Shown piece by piece: positions 49,543 through 58,946 of a DNA stretch of 64,000 nucleotides. Source of the DNA: Myxococcota bacterium (lineage in GTDB: Bacteria > Myxococcota_A > UBA9160 > UBA4427); assembly GCA_965250285.1 (NCBI GenBank), contig OZ252299.1, forward strand, positions 3,584,001 to 3,648,000, in the 5' to 3' direction. Every line of letters begins with the position of its first letter. Position 1 is the stretch's first letter. The translations under genes were made by a program, and so were the position numbers. Under the pieces are notes generated by a model. That model was given only the letters and a program-made list of their open reading frames with translations. It ran no database searches and was not told the origin of the DNA.

Positions 49543-50673
49543 TCACCGGTCGAGCACCGCGTCGAGATCGCCCTGGGCCTCGAGACAGGCGTTGACCCCC
49601 GGCCCCTCGAAGACGACCTCGTCGTCGACGAGTCGCCTGAGCTGGACACCGACGTTCGACGTCATCGTCTCGGCCACGCGTTCGATCATCTGCTCTTCGT
49701 AGGGAGCATGCAGGATCGCGCCGTCAGACTTCTCGGCATCGACGACGAGCCGGTGCGTTCGGTTGCGAATGGCGAGATGCAGGTGGGTCTCGCTCATCTC
49801 GAGGCGTTCGAGCACGCTGCCCGTATACGTGGTGAAGCGATGCAGCTCGCCGTCGAGCAGAAACGCGATGATGTAGCCACGGAAGGTGCCGGTCAGCCAC
49901 GGGATCATCGCGACGGCGGCCGTCAGCGAGATCCCGGCGCGCGCGAAGTGATTGCTGTGCACCCACACGTATCCGGCCGGGAAGCTCCGACCCCAATCCT
50001 TCTCGACGTAGCCTCGCCCGCCACGGTAGTCGGTGGTGACGTCGTCGACCGAAAGGGTGCCGTCGAGCGCGTGGTCGAGGCTGAGGATGCCATGATTGCA
50101 TTGCATGAAGGGGACGAAGCTGTAGGGGCCCATGATCCCCGGCGAGAGCACGGTGACTGGCCATGGCTGCCAGGGGCCGAACTTCACCTCGCCCTGAACG
50201 CGCTGATCCGCACTCGAACCGCCCGGCTCGATGTCGAGGCGGATCCCCGACGTCGAGAAACGGCTGCCGGCGATCTCGATGTCGAAGCACTCACGCGCCG
50301 CGCTGAAGGCATCGATCGGAAACCGGTGATACGTCGCGGTGCCGGCCCGACCATCGAGCACCTGGATGAACGCATGGCGATCCCGACCCAGGAAGACACC
50401 GGGGATCAACGCATAGGGCTGCCGACCATCGTGGTCGACCAGCTTGACGTACCAGCCTTCGAACGGCCCGCCGCCCCGCTCGAGGAGATGGTGATAGTGG
50501 AAGACCTCCGGTCTCCAGATGTTCCGCAGACGATCGAGCACCGGACTCCGTTGCACGCCGGGCCATCGATCGTGGGCGCGCGCGTCGTCCTTGTGATGCT
50601 GCCTGAGAGTGGATCGGTTCGGGGGCTCGACTCGCCCACGCATGCTCTCCGCCCGGCGAATGACCCGCCGCAC
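49543..50673 (-). CDS. Tocopherol cyclase-family protein (true start probably near 50541-50556)
   Basis: FEGWYVK, SPGIMGPYSFVPFMQCNHG and GRGYVEKDWGRSFP..YVW motifs. Confidence 0.8.
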   Translation of the reverse strand: MRRVIRRAESMRGRVEPPNRSTLRQHHKDDARAHDRWPGVQRSPVLDRLRNIWRPEVFHYHHLLERGGGPFEGWYVKLVDHDGRQPYALIPGVFLGRDRHAFIQVLDGRAGTATYHRFPIDAFSAARECFDIEIAGSRFSTSGIRLDIEPGGSSADQRVQGEVKFGPWQPWPVTVLSPGIMGPYSFVPFMQCNHGILSLDHALDGTLSVDDVTTDYRGGRGYVEKDWGRSFPAGYVWVHSNHFARAGISLTAAVAMIPWLTGTFRGYIIAFLLDGELHRFTTYTGSVLERLEMSETHLHLAIRNRTHRLVVDAEKSDGAILHAPYEEQMIERVAETMTSNVGVQLRRLVDDEVVFEGPGVNACLEAQGDLDAVLDR

Positions 50674-50761
50674 AGCGGCCGTCGGATTCGATCGAGGCCG
50701 ATCGTGTCACGCGCGCTGCCCGCGCTGCTCGCCCGTTCGCGCCGGCGGCCCGAGAGCGATT

Positions 50762-51883
50762 CTATGCGGCCCTCGCCTCGCGCCGAACCATCCAGAGCGA
50801 AACGCCGCCCATGGCGAGAATCAGTAGCCCGAGCCCGAGCGGCAGCAGACTCGGCACGGCCGCAGGGCAGTCGGCGGGGCAGCCCGCTTCGCCGGGATCG
50901 CAGATGCCGTCCCCGCACACCGTGTTGAAGCTCACACACATCGAGGGCTGAATCTGTTCCGGAAGGCAGGCGATGCGCGTGCAGGCGGGTGTCTCACCGC
51001 ACGTGCAGTAGTTGCAGCCGTCGAACCACGAGTCGCAGGTGCCCGGGCACTCGACTCGGCAGTCGTAGCTGCAGCCGTCGCCGTTGGCGGTGTTGCCGTC
51101 GTCGCACTCCTCGCCCGGGTCGAGCACGCCGTTGCCGCAGGGTGAGCCGAACTCGAGGCACTCGGCCGGCTCGATCTCGTTGGGCGCACAGAAGCGCTTG
51201 GTGCAGGCGGGCACTACGCCGCACTGACAGGTGTTGCAACCGTCGAACCAGACGGCGCACGAGCCAGGGCAGAGCTCGATCTCGCAGTCGGCACTGCAGC
51301 CGTCGAAGCCGACGAGATTGCCGTCGTCGCACTCTTCGCCCAGCTCGACTTCGCCGTTGCCGCAGGCCGCGAAGTCGAGGCACTCGGCCGGTTGGATCTG
51401 GTCGGGTGCGCAGAACCGCTGCGTGCACGCGGGCACCTCACCGCACTGGCAGGTATTGCAGCCGTCGAACCAGACTTCGCACGAGTCGGGACAGAACTCG
51501 TCCTGACACTCGGCGCTGCAGCCATCAAAGTCGATCAGGTTGCCGTCGTCGCACTCCTCACCGAGCTCGACCTCGCCGTTGCCGCAGAGCGCGAAGTCGA
51601 GGCACTCGGCCGGCTCGAGATCAGCGGGCAAGCAGGCGCGCTTCGTGCAGGCCGGCACGTCGCCGCACAGGCACGTGTTGCAGCCGTCGAACCAGACCTC
51701 ACAGCTGTCGGGGCAGAACTCGTCCTGGCAGCTGGCGCTGCAGCCGTCGAAGTCGACGACGTTCCCGTCGTCGCATGCCTCACCGGCTTCGACCACGCCG
51801 TTGCCGCAGACGGCGTCGGCGGCGGAGGGAACCGCGGCGAAGAGAAGCAATGCGAGCGGGATCAAGAGGAGCGACCGGGCCAT
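50762..51883 (-). CDS. Cys-rich surface protein: 4 x (DUF4215/Myxococcus Cys-rich repeat + pacifastin-like module), IPTL-CTERM-like anchor
   Basis: Signal peptide; CGNG..E.GEECDDGN...DGCS..C alternating with C..WFDGCNTC.CG..PACT...C; C-terminal AVPSLLPLGLGLLILAMGGVSLWMVRR. Confidence 0.88.
   Translation of the reverse strand: MARSLLLIPLALLLFAAVPSAADAVCGNGVVEAGEACDDGNVVDFDGCSASCQDEFCPDSCEVWFDGCNTCLCGDVPACTKRACLPADLEPAECLDFALCGNGEVELGEECDDGNLIDFDGCSAECQDEFCPDSCEVWFDGCNTCQCGEVPACTQRFCAPDQIQPAECLDFAACGNGEVELGEECDDGNLVGFDGCSADCEIELCPGSCAVWFDGCNTCQCGVVPACTKRFCAPNEIEPAECLEFGSPCGNGVLDPGEECDDGNTANGDGCSYDCRVECPGTCDSWFDGCNYCTCGETPACTRIACLPEQIQPSMCVSFNTVCGDGICDPGEAGCPADCPAAVPSLLPLGLGLLILAMGGVSLWMVRREARAA
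50918..51808 (-). repeat. Four tandem ~222-bp intragenic repeats
   Basis: CG(N/D)G Cys codons begin at 51808, 51586, 51364, 51139 and 50917 (spacing 222/222/225/222). Confidence 0.9.
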
Positions 51884-52147
51884 GGGGCCTCCGCGAAGGG
51901 CTGGATCGGGCAGAGCCCCGATCGTTCTCGGCCCCGAAGGTCTCGGCGCCATCGCTCATTCTATCGGAATGCAGCCGCCCGAGCCGAAGGATCATCATCT
52001 CTGACGCAGCGGAGTGTCGTGATGCGGATCGCGCTGGCAGCTCAGCTGATCCTTTGTGGTGTCACTGGAAACCCGATGTGTCGTTCGCGGCTGCTCGGCG
52101 AGGGCCGCGCTCGGTCTCGCGCACGCCGAAGCAGGCATGAGCGCAGG

Positions 52148-52336
52148 CTACGTGTCCGTATGCCTGAAGTCGGCGGGGATCGGGCAGTCGCTGCACACAC
52201 GATCGTCACACAGGCGGCACAGGGTGCGCCGCTCGAGATCGGTCGGCTCCATCGAAGACAGCAACCTCTGCAAGAGCGTGCCCAACGCCTCCTGCTCGTC
52301 GCGCGCCAGCGGCTCGACCAGCTGTTGACCGATCGA
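52148..52336 (-). pseudogene. 5'-truncated MarR-like regulator fragment with Cys-rich tail
   Basis: LVEPLARDEQEALGTLLQRLL...RTLCRLCDDRVCSDCP, with no HTH region or plausible start. Confidence 0.55.
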
Positions 52337-52516
52337 CTGGGCCGGCTCGACGTGCTGCCGATTCAGGATCTGGGGATCCAGCGCGGCTTCACGAGTTCGT
52401 TCCGGCGGTCGACCAAGCCGGTTGCCCGCGCGATCGAAGACCGCGGCGAGCGCTGGCGCCCTTACCGCAGCATCGCGAGCTGGTACCTCTGGCGTGCAGC
52501 CGACATGACTCGGTAG
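52334..52516 (+). pseudogene. 5'-truncated DNA-3-methyladenine glycosylase II (AlkA-like) fragment
   Basis: RLGRLDVLPIQDLGIQRGF...ERWRPYRSIASWYLWR is the HhH-GPD C-terminus; the upstream frame is not AlkA-like. Confidence 0.75.
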
Positions 52517-52670
52517 ACAGGTGTTCTCATAAGCGGGCCCGCCGCGATCGATGCGGGTCGAGCCCTCGCGACCAGCATCGATCCTCCGACCCCCCACCCG
52601 GCTCGACCGACCCTCGGCGCCGACGTTGCCGCGTGCGCGCTCGGTGGGTCACCTGCGCGATCGGGTCGCA

Positions 52671-53864
52671 TCACTCGATCTCGCGGACGCGCTTGGGCCA
52701 GGGGTCTTCGAACGGCGCACCACGTTGCCAGGCTTCGATCTCGTCTTCGGTGCACAGGGCGCCGCGCAGCGCCGCTGCGAAGGCCTCGCGCGCGGCGGGG
52801 AGCCCGATCAGCGTGAGCTCGTTGTGCCGGTCGCCAAAGACGGGGTGCTCTGTCTCGAGCCGACCGCGAAGCAGCTCGGCTTCGCTGGGCGTCAGCTTGC
52901 CGTAGCGGTTGTGGACGGCTTCGGCCCGCCAGATACCCGTGAGCTCGAGCGCGATCTGGCTGCCCGATTGCTGCCAGAGCAGCACGTCTTCGGGGCGCGA
53001 CGCGAGCCACAGAAAGCCCTTGATGCGATACAGGCCGGTGCCGAGCTCGCGCTGGCAAGCGTCGTAGAGCCGCTGCGGATGGAAGGGGCGCGGATCGCGG
53101 AAGACGATCGCCTCGAGATCTTCGACGGTCGCCGCCTCTCGACTGAGCCCGAACTGCCTGGCGCGGCGTTCGAGCTCACCGAGGTTGGGCGCTGGCGTGG
53201 GGTCGAGCTGATCGAGCAACAGCCCCGCCTGGGCGGAGAGCCCGACCGTGGCCTGCGGCGCGAGCTTCTGCAGCGTGCGCACCTGGGCGTCGACGACCGA
53301 CCGGGGAAGCGTGTCGATCTTGGTCAGGATGATCACGCTCGCAAAGAGGATCTGCTCGGCCAAAACGCCGGCAGCGCGCGCGAGCGCAGGATCGTCGGGC
53401 ACCGTCGCTTCGCCCGTGAAGACGAGACCATCGGCGAAGTCGCGATGCAGATTCAGCGCGTCGACGGTCACGATGAAGTGGCGCAGGAAGAAGCGGTCGT
53501 CCTGCGTGAGCGCCGTGATCAGCGGCCACGGCCGGGCAACACCCGTGCTCTCACACAGAACATGCGGGGGCGCGGGATCGAGCGTCGCAATCTCGCCCAG
53601 TGCTCTCTTCGCCGAGGGATGGAGCTGTTCTCTGGCGTGGACGCCATGCAGAGCGGCTACGCGATCGACGAGACGGCCGGCCTGGGGCTTCACGTCGTCA
53701 TCCGACAGCAGCTCGGCGTCGAGGCCGAACTCGCTCAGATCGTGCACGACGAGCGCGGCGTCGCGCAGCGCGTCTTCGTGGCGCCAACGCCTGAGCAGCG
53801 TGGTCTTACCCGACCCCAGAAACCCGCACAGCACCGTTACCGGGATCTTCCTCGACGTGCTCAT
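52671..53864 (-). CDS. Atypical COG0523/CobW-family GTPase lacking the CxCC motif
   Basis: IPVTVLCGFLGSGKTT, ESTG, EQILFASVIILTKID, and CobW_C RPFHPQR...RIKGFLWLA...FGDRHNELTLIG. Confidence 0.85.
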   Translation of the reverse strand: MSTSRKIPVTVLCGFLGSGKTTLLRRWRHEDALRDAALVVHDLSEFGLDAELLSDDDVKPQAGRLVDRVAALHGVHAREQLHPSAKRALGEIATLDPAPPHVLCESTGVARPWPLITALTQDDRFFLRHFIVTVDALNLHRDFADGLVFTGEATVPDDPALARAAGVLAEQILFASVIILTKIDTLPRSVVDAQVRTLQKLAPQATVGLSAQAGLLLDQLDPTPAPNLGELERRARQFGLSREAATVEDLEAIVFRDPRPFHPQRLYDACQRELGTGLYRIKGFLWLASRPEDVLLWQQSGSQIALELTGIWRAEAVHNRYGKLTPSEAELLRGRLETEHPVFGDRHNELTLIGLPAAREAFAAALRGALCTEDEIEAWQRGAPFEDPWPKRVREIE

Positions 53865-54063
53865 GCGCGAGGCTCCAGCTTTGACCGACCCCCGGAAGCC
53901 TGAACCGGGCACTCGGCGGTCGGGACGGCAGTGTAGCCGGCGCGGGCTGAGTGCGATCCCCTGCATCGAAGCGCTCCAGAAGTTCGGCCGTGATGCGAAG
54001 CGCTGGTCGAAACCCGAATGAGCCTCGAGCACCGCGGCGATGCGACTCGGGCCCGCGTCCGCT

Positions 54064-54954
54064 TCAACCGGCGACGCCCGTCAGATACTCGATGAACCCC
54101 CGCACGCGCGCAGGCAGGAAGCGCCGCACCGGGTAGACGAGCCAGACGCCGCTGTCGAATGACGTGCCCGCCACCTCGTAGTCGGGCAGCAGATCGACGC
54201 AGCGATTCGTCTCGAGATCGCCATCGATCAGCCAGTCGGGCAGCACCGCGAAGCCCAGCCCTTCGAGCATCGCCGTACGCACCGTGGCCGCGCTGTTCAT
54301 CAACACGCGCGGGCGAAGGGGCACATGGATCGTCTCGCCGGTCGAAGTACGCGCGTTCAGCTGATCGCGAAGGCCTGGAAGACTCATGGCGATGCACGCG
54401 GGGCCAGCGAGGTCTTCGGGGTGCGCGACCTCGAGCTCGTCGGCGAAGCCCCGCTCGGCCACCACGCGGTATCGAACCGACATGAGCTTGCGTGCGACGA
54501 GACTCGACTCGGCGGGCTTGCCGAGCCGGATCGCCAGGTCGACGCGCTCTTCGATGAGGTCGAGCACCGCGTCGCTGAGCTGCAGATCGAGATCGAGCGA
54601 CGGGTGCTGCTGCAGGAAGCCCCGCAGCCGCGGCACCAGCCAGTGTGCTCCGAACGACACCGACGCCGTCACACGAAGATCGCCCTCGAGCGCATCGGTG
54701 CCCGAAGCCAGGTGTTCGCGCGCGTCTTCGAGCTCTTCGAGCAGCGGCTTCACGCGCAGATAGAACTGGCGCCCTTCGGCCGTGATCGTCATTCGGCGGG
54801 TCGTGCGCTGAAAGAGCCGCGCGCCGAGCTGGGCTTCGAGGCCGCTGATCGATCGTGAGATCACCGACGGATCGACGTGCCGCCGCTTCGCGACGGCCGC
54901 GAAGCTGCCGACGTCGGCCACCTCGAGAAAGACCGTGAGTGCGTCGGTATCCAT
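54064..54954 (-). CDS. LysR-family regulator (CrgA/DmlR-like)
   Basis: GSFAAVAKRRHVDPSVISRSISGLEAQLGARLFQRTTR and DLIEERVDLAIR motifs. Confidence 0.92.
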   Translation of the reverse strand: MDTDALTVFLEVADVGSFAAVAKRRHVDPSVISRSISGLEAQLGARLFQRTTRRMTITAEGRQFYLRVKPLLEELEDAREHLASGTDALEGDLRVTASVSFGAHWLVPRLRGFLQQHPSLDLDLQLSDAVLDLIEERVDLAIRLGKPAESSLVARKLMSVRYRVVAERGFADELEVAHPEDLAGPACIAMSLPGLRDQLNARTSTGETIHVPLRPRVLMNSAATVRTAMLEGLGFAVLPDWLIDGDLETNRCVDLLPDYEVAGTSFDSGVWLVYPVRRFLPARVRGFIEYLTGVAG

Positions 54955-55084
54955 TCGTGCAGATTACGCACTTATTATTTGGTAGGCACGCCATTTAATG
55001 CGATTGATTCGTTCAATAAGTTGTTCTCCGTCATCACGGCCAGCCAGCGAGCGCCTTGCGAGCGGCCCCCGAAGGGAGAACAGC

Positions 55085-55858
55085 ATGACTTCGATCCCCA
55101 ACACGACCGCCATCGTCACCGGCGCAAGCCGCGGGATCGGTGAAGCGACCGCACGGCACTTCGCGGCGCAGGGCATCCATGTCGTGCTCGTCGCCACGCA
55201 CCGGCCGCGGCTCGATGCGCTGGCCGAGGCGCTGTCGAGCGGCCCGGCCGAGACGCGCGTCGTCGCCGGAAGCGTGGCCGACTACGCGACGCTCGAGGCG
55301 GCTCGCGATGCCGCGCTCGCCATCGACGGCCGGCTCGACATCCTCGTGAACAACGCAGGCCTCATCGATCCCATCGCGCGACTGGCCGACAGCGAGCCAG
55401 CGAGGTGGTCGAACGCCATCGACGTGAACCTGACCGGCGTCTACCACGGTCTGCGAGCCGTGCTTCCGCACATGACCCGGGCGCGGCAGGGCACGGTCAT
55501 CAATCTGAGCTCGGGCGCCGCCACGAACGCGCTCGAAGGTTGGAGCCACTACTGCGCGTCAAAGGCCGGCGTCCTCGCGCTGACCCGATGCGCACACAAG
55601 GAGTCCGCACCGAGCGGCGTCCGGGTGATCGGGCTCAGCCCCGGCACCGTGCTCACGCGGATGCAGTCAGAGATTCGCGATTCGGGGATCAACCCGGTCA
55701 GTCAGCTGCCGAGCTCGGCCCACATCCCCGCCGAGTGGGTCGCGCAGGCGATCGCCTATCTGTGCGGTCCGGGCGGCGACGCGCACGGCGGCACCGATTT
55801 CTCACTCAAGACGAACGAGGGTCGGCTCAGCGTCGGCCTTCCCCCGATCGAGGCGTAG
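55085..55858 (+). CDS. SDR oxidoreductase
   Basis: TGASRGIG, NNAG and YCASK motifs. Confidence 0.92.
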   Translation: MTSIPNTTAIVTGASRGIGEATARHFAAQGIHVVLVATHRPRLDALAEALSSGPAETRVVAGSVADYATLEAARDAALAIDGRLDILVNNAGLIDPIARLADSEPARWSNAIDVNLTGVYHGLRAVLPHMTRARQGTVINLSSGAATNALEGWSHYCASKAGVLALTRCAHKESAPSGVRVIGLSPGTVLTRMQSEIRDSGINPVSQLPSSAHIPAEWVAQAIAYLCGPGGDAHGGTDFSLKTNEGRLSVGLPPIEA

Positions 55859-55891
55859 CGGTCCATCGGGCCAGCACGAAGGATCCATCGC

Positions 55892-56518
55892 ATGCAGCAC
55901 TACGGCGACATCATGTTCACCGACACCGTGAAGGCCGAGCAGACGCGCCGCGGCTCGCGCACGGCCTACGAAAAGATGACCGCGCGCCCCGCGCCGAGCG
56001 GGCTCGGCGAGGCCGAAGCCGCGTTCATCGAAGCGCGCGACTCGTTCTACATGGCGACGGTCACCGAGACCGGCTGGCCCTACATCCAGCACCGAGGCGG
56101 GCCGGCGGGTTTCTTGCGCGTGCTCGGGCCGAACGAGATCGGGTTCGCAGACTACCGCGGCAATCGGCAGTACATCTCGAAGAGCAACCTGGAGGGGGAG
56201 AGTCGGGTCTCGCTGATCCTGATGGACTACCCGGGCCGGGCCCGGCTCAAGATCGCCGGTCGAGCGGCGGTGCTCGACGCCGCCGAGGCGCCCGACCTCG
56301 CCGACCGGCTCGCCGTCGAGGGCGAGGGCCACGTCGAGCGCCTCTTCGTCATCGAGGTCGAAGCCTTCGACTGGAATTGCCCGCAGTTCATCACGCCGCG
56401 GTTCACGGCCGACGAGGTCGTCGATGTGGTCGAACGTCGACACCGCTCGCTGGTGGACGAGAATGCCAAGCTGAAGGCGCAACTGGCCGAGCTCGAGGCA
56501 GTGGACGAACGCGCGTAG
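55892..56518 (+). CDS. Pyridoxamine 5'-phosphate oxidase-related FMN-binding protein
   Basis: GWPYIQHRGGPAGF, ADYRGNRQYIS and FDWNCPQFITPR motifs. Confidence 0.9.
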   Translation: MQHYGDIMFTDTVKAEQTRRGSRTAYEKMTARPAPSGLGEAEAAFIEARDSFYMATVTETGWPYIQHRGGPAGFLRVLGPNEIGFADYRGNRQYISKSNLEGESRVSLILMDYPGRARLKIAGRAAVLDAAEAPDLADRLAVEGEGHVERLFVIEVEAFDWNCPQFITPRFTADEVVDVVERRHRSLVDENAKLKAQLAELEAVDERA

Positions 56519-56701
56519 TCGCGACCCCGACTCCGCTCCCTCATGAGACGTGCTATCACCGCTCCGTGTCAGGGCGCGTATGGACGCGCCTCGGTCTGAC
56601 GTCTCGTGAGTGGCCGATCCCTGCGCGGCCGGTCCGAGAGACAAACACGCGGCATCGTGCCCTGACGTGCGCGGTCGGCCGATCAGAAGGAACCCACTCG
56701 A

Positions 56702-57298
56702 ATGGCAATCAGCGGTCCGGTCCCCAACGTTCGTCGCATCGCGGGCACCGAGGTGCACCGCGCCGTCGATACCCTGACGATGGCCTTCGCCGCTGATCCG
56801 ACGATGCGCTGGCTCTGGCCCGAGAGCGACGTGTATCTGCGGAGCTTTCCGAGGCTGGTCGCCTCATTCGGTGGTCGCGCCTTCGAGCATTCGGGTGCCC
56901 ACGCGGACGAGGCGTTCGGCGGCGTCGCGCTCTGGCTGCCCCCCGGCGTCACACCCGACGGCGACGCCGTCGTGGCCCTGTTCGAAGAAACGATCCCGCC
57001 GCCGCGGTGCGATGAGGCCCTGAAGCTCCTCGAGCACATGGATGAGCACACCCCGGCCGAAGCGCACTGGCACCTCTCGTTCATCGGAGTGGACGCGTCG
57101 CGTCAGGGCGAGGGCCTCGGCAGCCACGTGATGCGCAACGGGGTCGAGATGTGCGACGACCACGGCACCCCGGGCTACCTCGAGTCTTCGAACCCGTCGA
57201 ACATTGCGTTCTACCAGCGACATGGCTACGAGATCGTCGGTGAGATTCAGGTCGGCTCTTCGCCGGTGGTCACACCGATGTGGCGCGCGCGCGGATGA
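56702..57298 (+). CDS. GNAT N-acetyltransferase
   Basis: HWHLSFIGVDASRQGEGLGS and YLESSNPSNIAFYQRHG motifs. Confidence 0.9.
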   Translation: MAISGPVPNVRRIAGTEVHRAVDTLTMAFAADPTMRWLWPESDVYLRSFPRLVASFGGRAFEHSGAHADEAFGGVALWLPPGVTPDGDAVVALFEETIPPPRCDEALKLLEHMDEHTPAEAHWHLSFIGVDASRQGEGLGSHVMRNGVEMCDDHGTPGYLESSNPSNIAFYQRHGYEIVGEIQVGSSPVVTPMWRARG

Positions 57299-57369
57299 AC
57301 GGGCGGCGGCGACCGCCTTCGCGTTCGGCGCGCTGAATCGGGCATCGCCGTCGACCTCGCGCGGCGATG

Positions 57370-58794
57370 CTACGCCGGCCCGGCCACGACCGGGGGCCGT
57401 CGCTTCCAGTGCTCGGTGGCCTGCTGGAAGGCGTAGGCGAGCTGCAAGACGCCGAAGTCGTCATGCTGGCGACCGACGATCTGCAGCCCCACCGGCCAGC
57501 CTTCATCGGTGAAGCCGCACGGAACCGAGATGGCCGGGTGCCCTGTCAGCGTCACGAACGAGGCCGACTTCATCCAGTCGATGTAGGTCTCCATCGCGAC
57601 GCCTTCGATCTCGGTCGGGTATTCGAGCTCGATGTCGAAGGGCGGCACCTGGTTGACCGGCATCACCACGAACTCGTTCGCCGCGAGCAGCGACGCGAAT
57701 CGCGCGACGAGCGCCGTGCGGCGGGCTTCGGCCTCGGCGAGCTCGGTGGCCGATAGACCGCGGCCCAGCTCGATGTTCCACCGAAGCGTTTCTTTGAGGG
57801 TCGCCAACGCCGCCGGCGGCAGGCTCGCGAAGCCCGATGCAAAGGTGTGCGCTCTCAGCACCTGAAACGCCTCGTTCGCACCCGACCAGTCCATCGTCGA
57901 AGGCTCGACCGATGCACCGAGCGACTCGAGTACGGGGAGAGCGGTCTCGATCACCGCCTGAACACGCGGGTCGACCGGCAGGCCGCCGAGATCGGCGTCG
58001 TAGGCGATGCGCGTCTCCTCGAAGTCGCGGTCGAGGGGCTCGGCGAACCGCGTGCCCGGTGTCTCGAGCGAGAGCGGCGCGCGCGGGTCGGGGCCCGCCA
58101 TCACCGAGAGAAGCAGAGCTGCGTCTTCGACGGTGCGACCCATGGGGCCGAGCACCGAAAGAGAATCCCAGCCCGAGGTGGCCGATACGCTCGGCACTCG
58201 GCCCACCGAGGGTCGAAGCCCCACGACGTTGTTCCAGTTGGCGGGGTTGCGGAGCGACCCGCCCATGTCGCTGCCGTCGGCGAGCGGCACCATGCCGGTC
58301 GCCAACGCGACGCCCGCTCCGCCGCTGCTCCCCCCGCAGCTTCGCGTTCGGTCGTACGGGTTGCGTGTAGCGCCGAAGACGGGATTGAACGTGTGCGAGC
58401 CCGCCCCCGCTTCGGGCATGTTCGTCTTGCCGATCGTGATCGCGCCCTGGGCGCGCACGCGCGCGACGAGCAGGTCGTCGGCGGTCGGCACGTGCTCGGC
58501 CAGCACCTCGAGCCCCATCGTGCTGCGGATGCCCGCCGTCATGACGGCGTCCTTGTGCGCGATGGGCAGCCCATGCAGCCGACCGAGCGGCTCACCGCGG
58601 GCCTGCTTTTCGTCGGCAGCGAGCGCCCACGCTTCGGCCTGTTCTGCGACGAGCGTCACGATGGCGTTGACATCGGGGTTGACGGCATCGATGCGAGCGA
58701 GGTGCGCGGCGAGCAGCTCGCGCGCCGACAGCTCGCCGCTCGCGACCCGCTTCGCCAGCTCGACCGCCGAGCGATCGCAGAGATCCGTGTCCAT
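57370..58794 (-). CDS. Amidase-signature family amidase
   Basis: LHGLPIAHKD, GKTNMPE, GGSSGGAG and GSDMGGSLRNPA motifs. Confidence 0.93.
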   Translation of the reverse strand: MDTDLCDRSAVELAKRVASGELSARELLAAHLARIDAVNPDVNAIVTLVAEQAEAWALAADEKQARGEPLGRLHGLPIAHKDAVMTAGIRSTMGLEVLAEHVPTADDLLVARVRAQGAITIGKTNMPEAGAGSHTFNPVFGATRNPYDRTRSCGGSSGGAGVALATGMVPLADGSDMGGSLRNPANWNNVVGLRPSVGRVPSVSATSGWDSLSVLGPMGRTVEDAALLLSVMAGPDPRAPLSLETPGTRFAEPLDRDFEETRIAYDADLGGLPVDPRVQAVIETALPVLESLGASVEPSTMDWSGANEAFQVLRAHTFASGFASLPPAALATLKETLRWNIELGRGLSATELAEAEARRTALVARFASLLAANEFVVMPVNQVPPFDIELEYPTEIEGVAMETYIDWMKSASFVTLTGHPAISVPCGFTDEGWPVGLQIVGRQHDDFGVLQLAYAFQQATEHWKRRPPVVAGPA

Positions 58795-58946
58795 CGTCGC
58801 GCCCTCCAGGTGCACGCCTGCGAAGGGTAGAGCCCTACCCCGCTCGATCCATGGCGCGCAGGCGCATTCCGCACGACTCAGCGATCTCGACCGGGTGTTC
58901 TAGCGTTGCGCTGTCCATGAACACGCGCGGGCATCGAGGAGACCGC

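Noticed and set aside
50918..51808. Tandem repeats as a possible CRISPR array
   Set aside because: The units are in-frame ~222-bp coding repeats with no repeat-spacer structure, and no cas genes are present.
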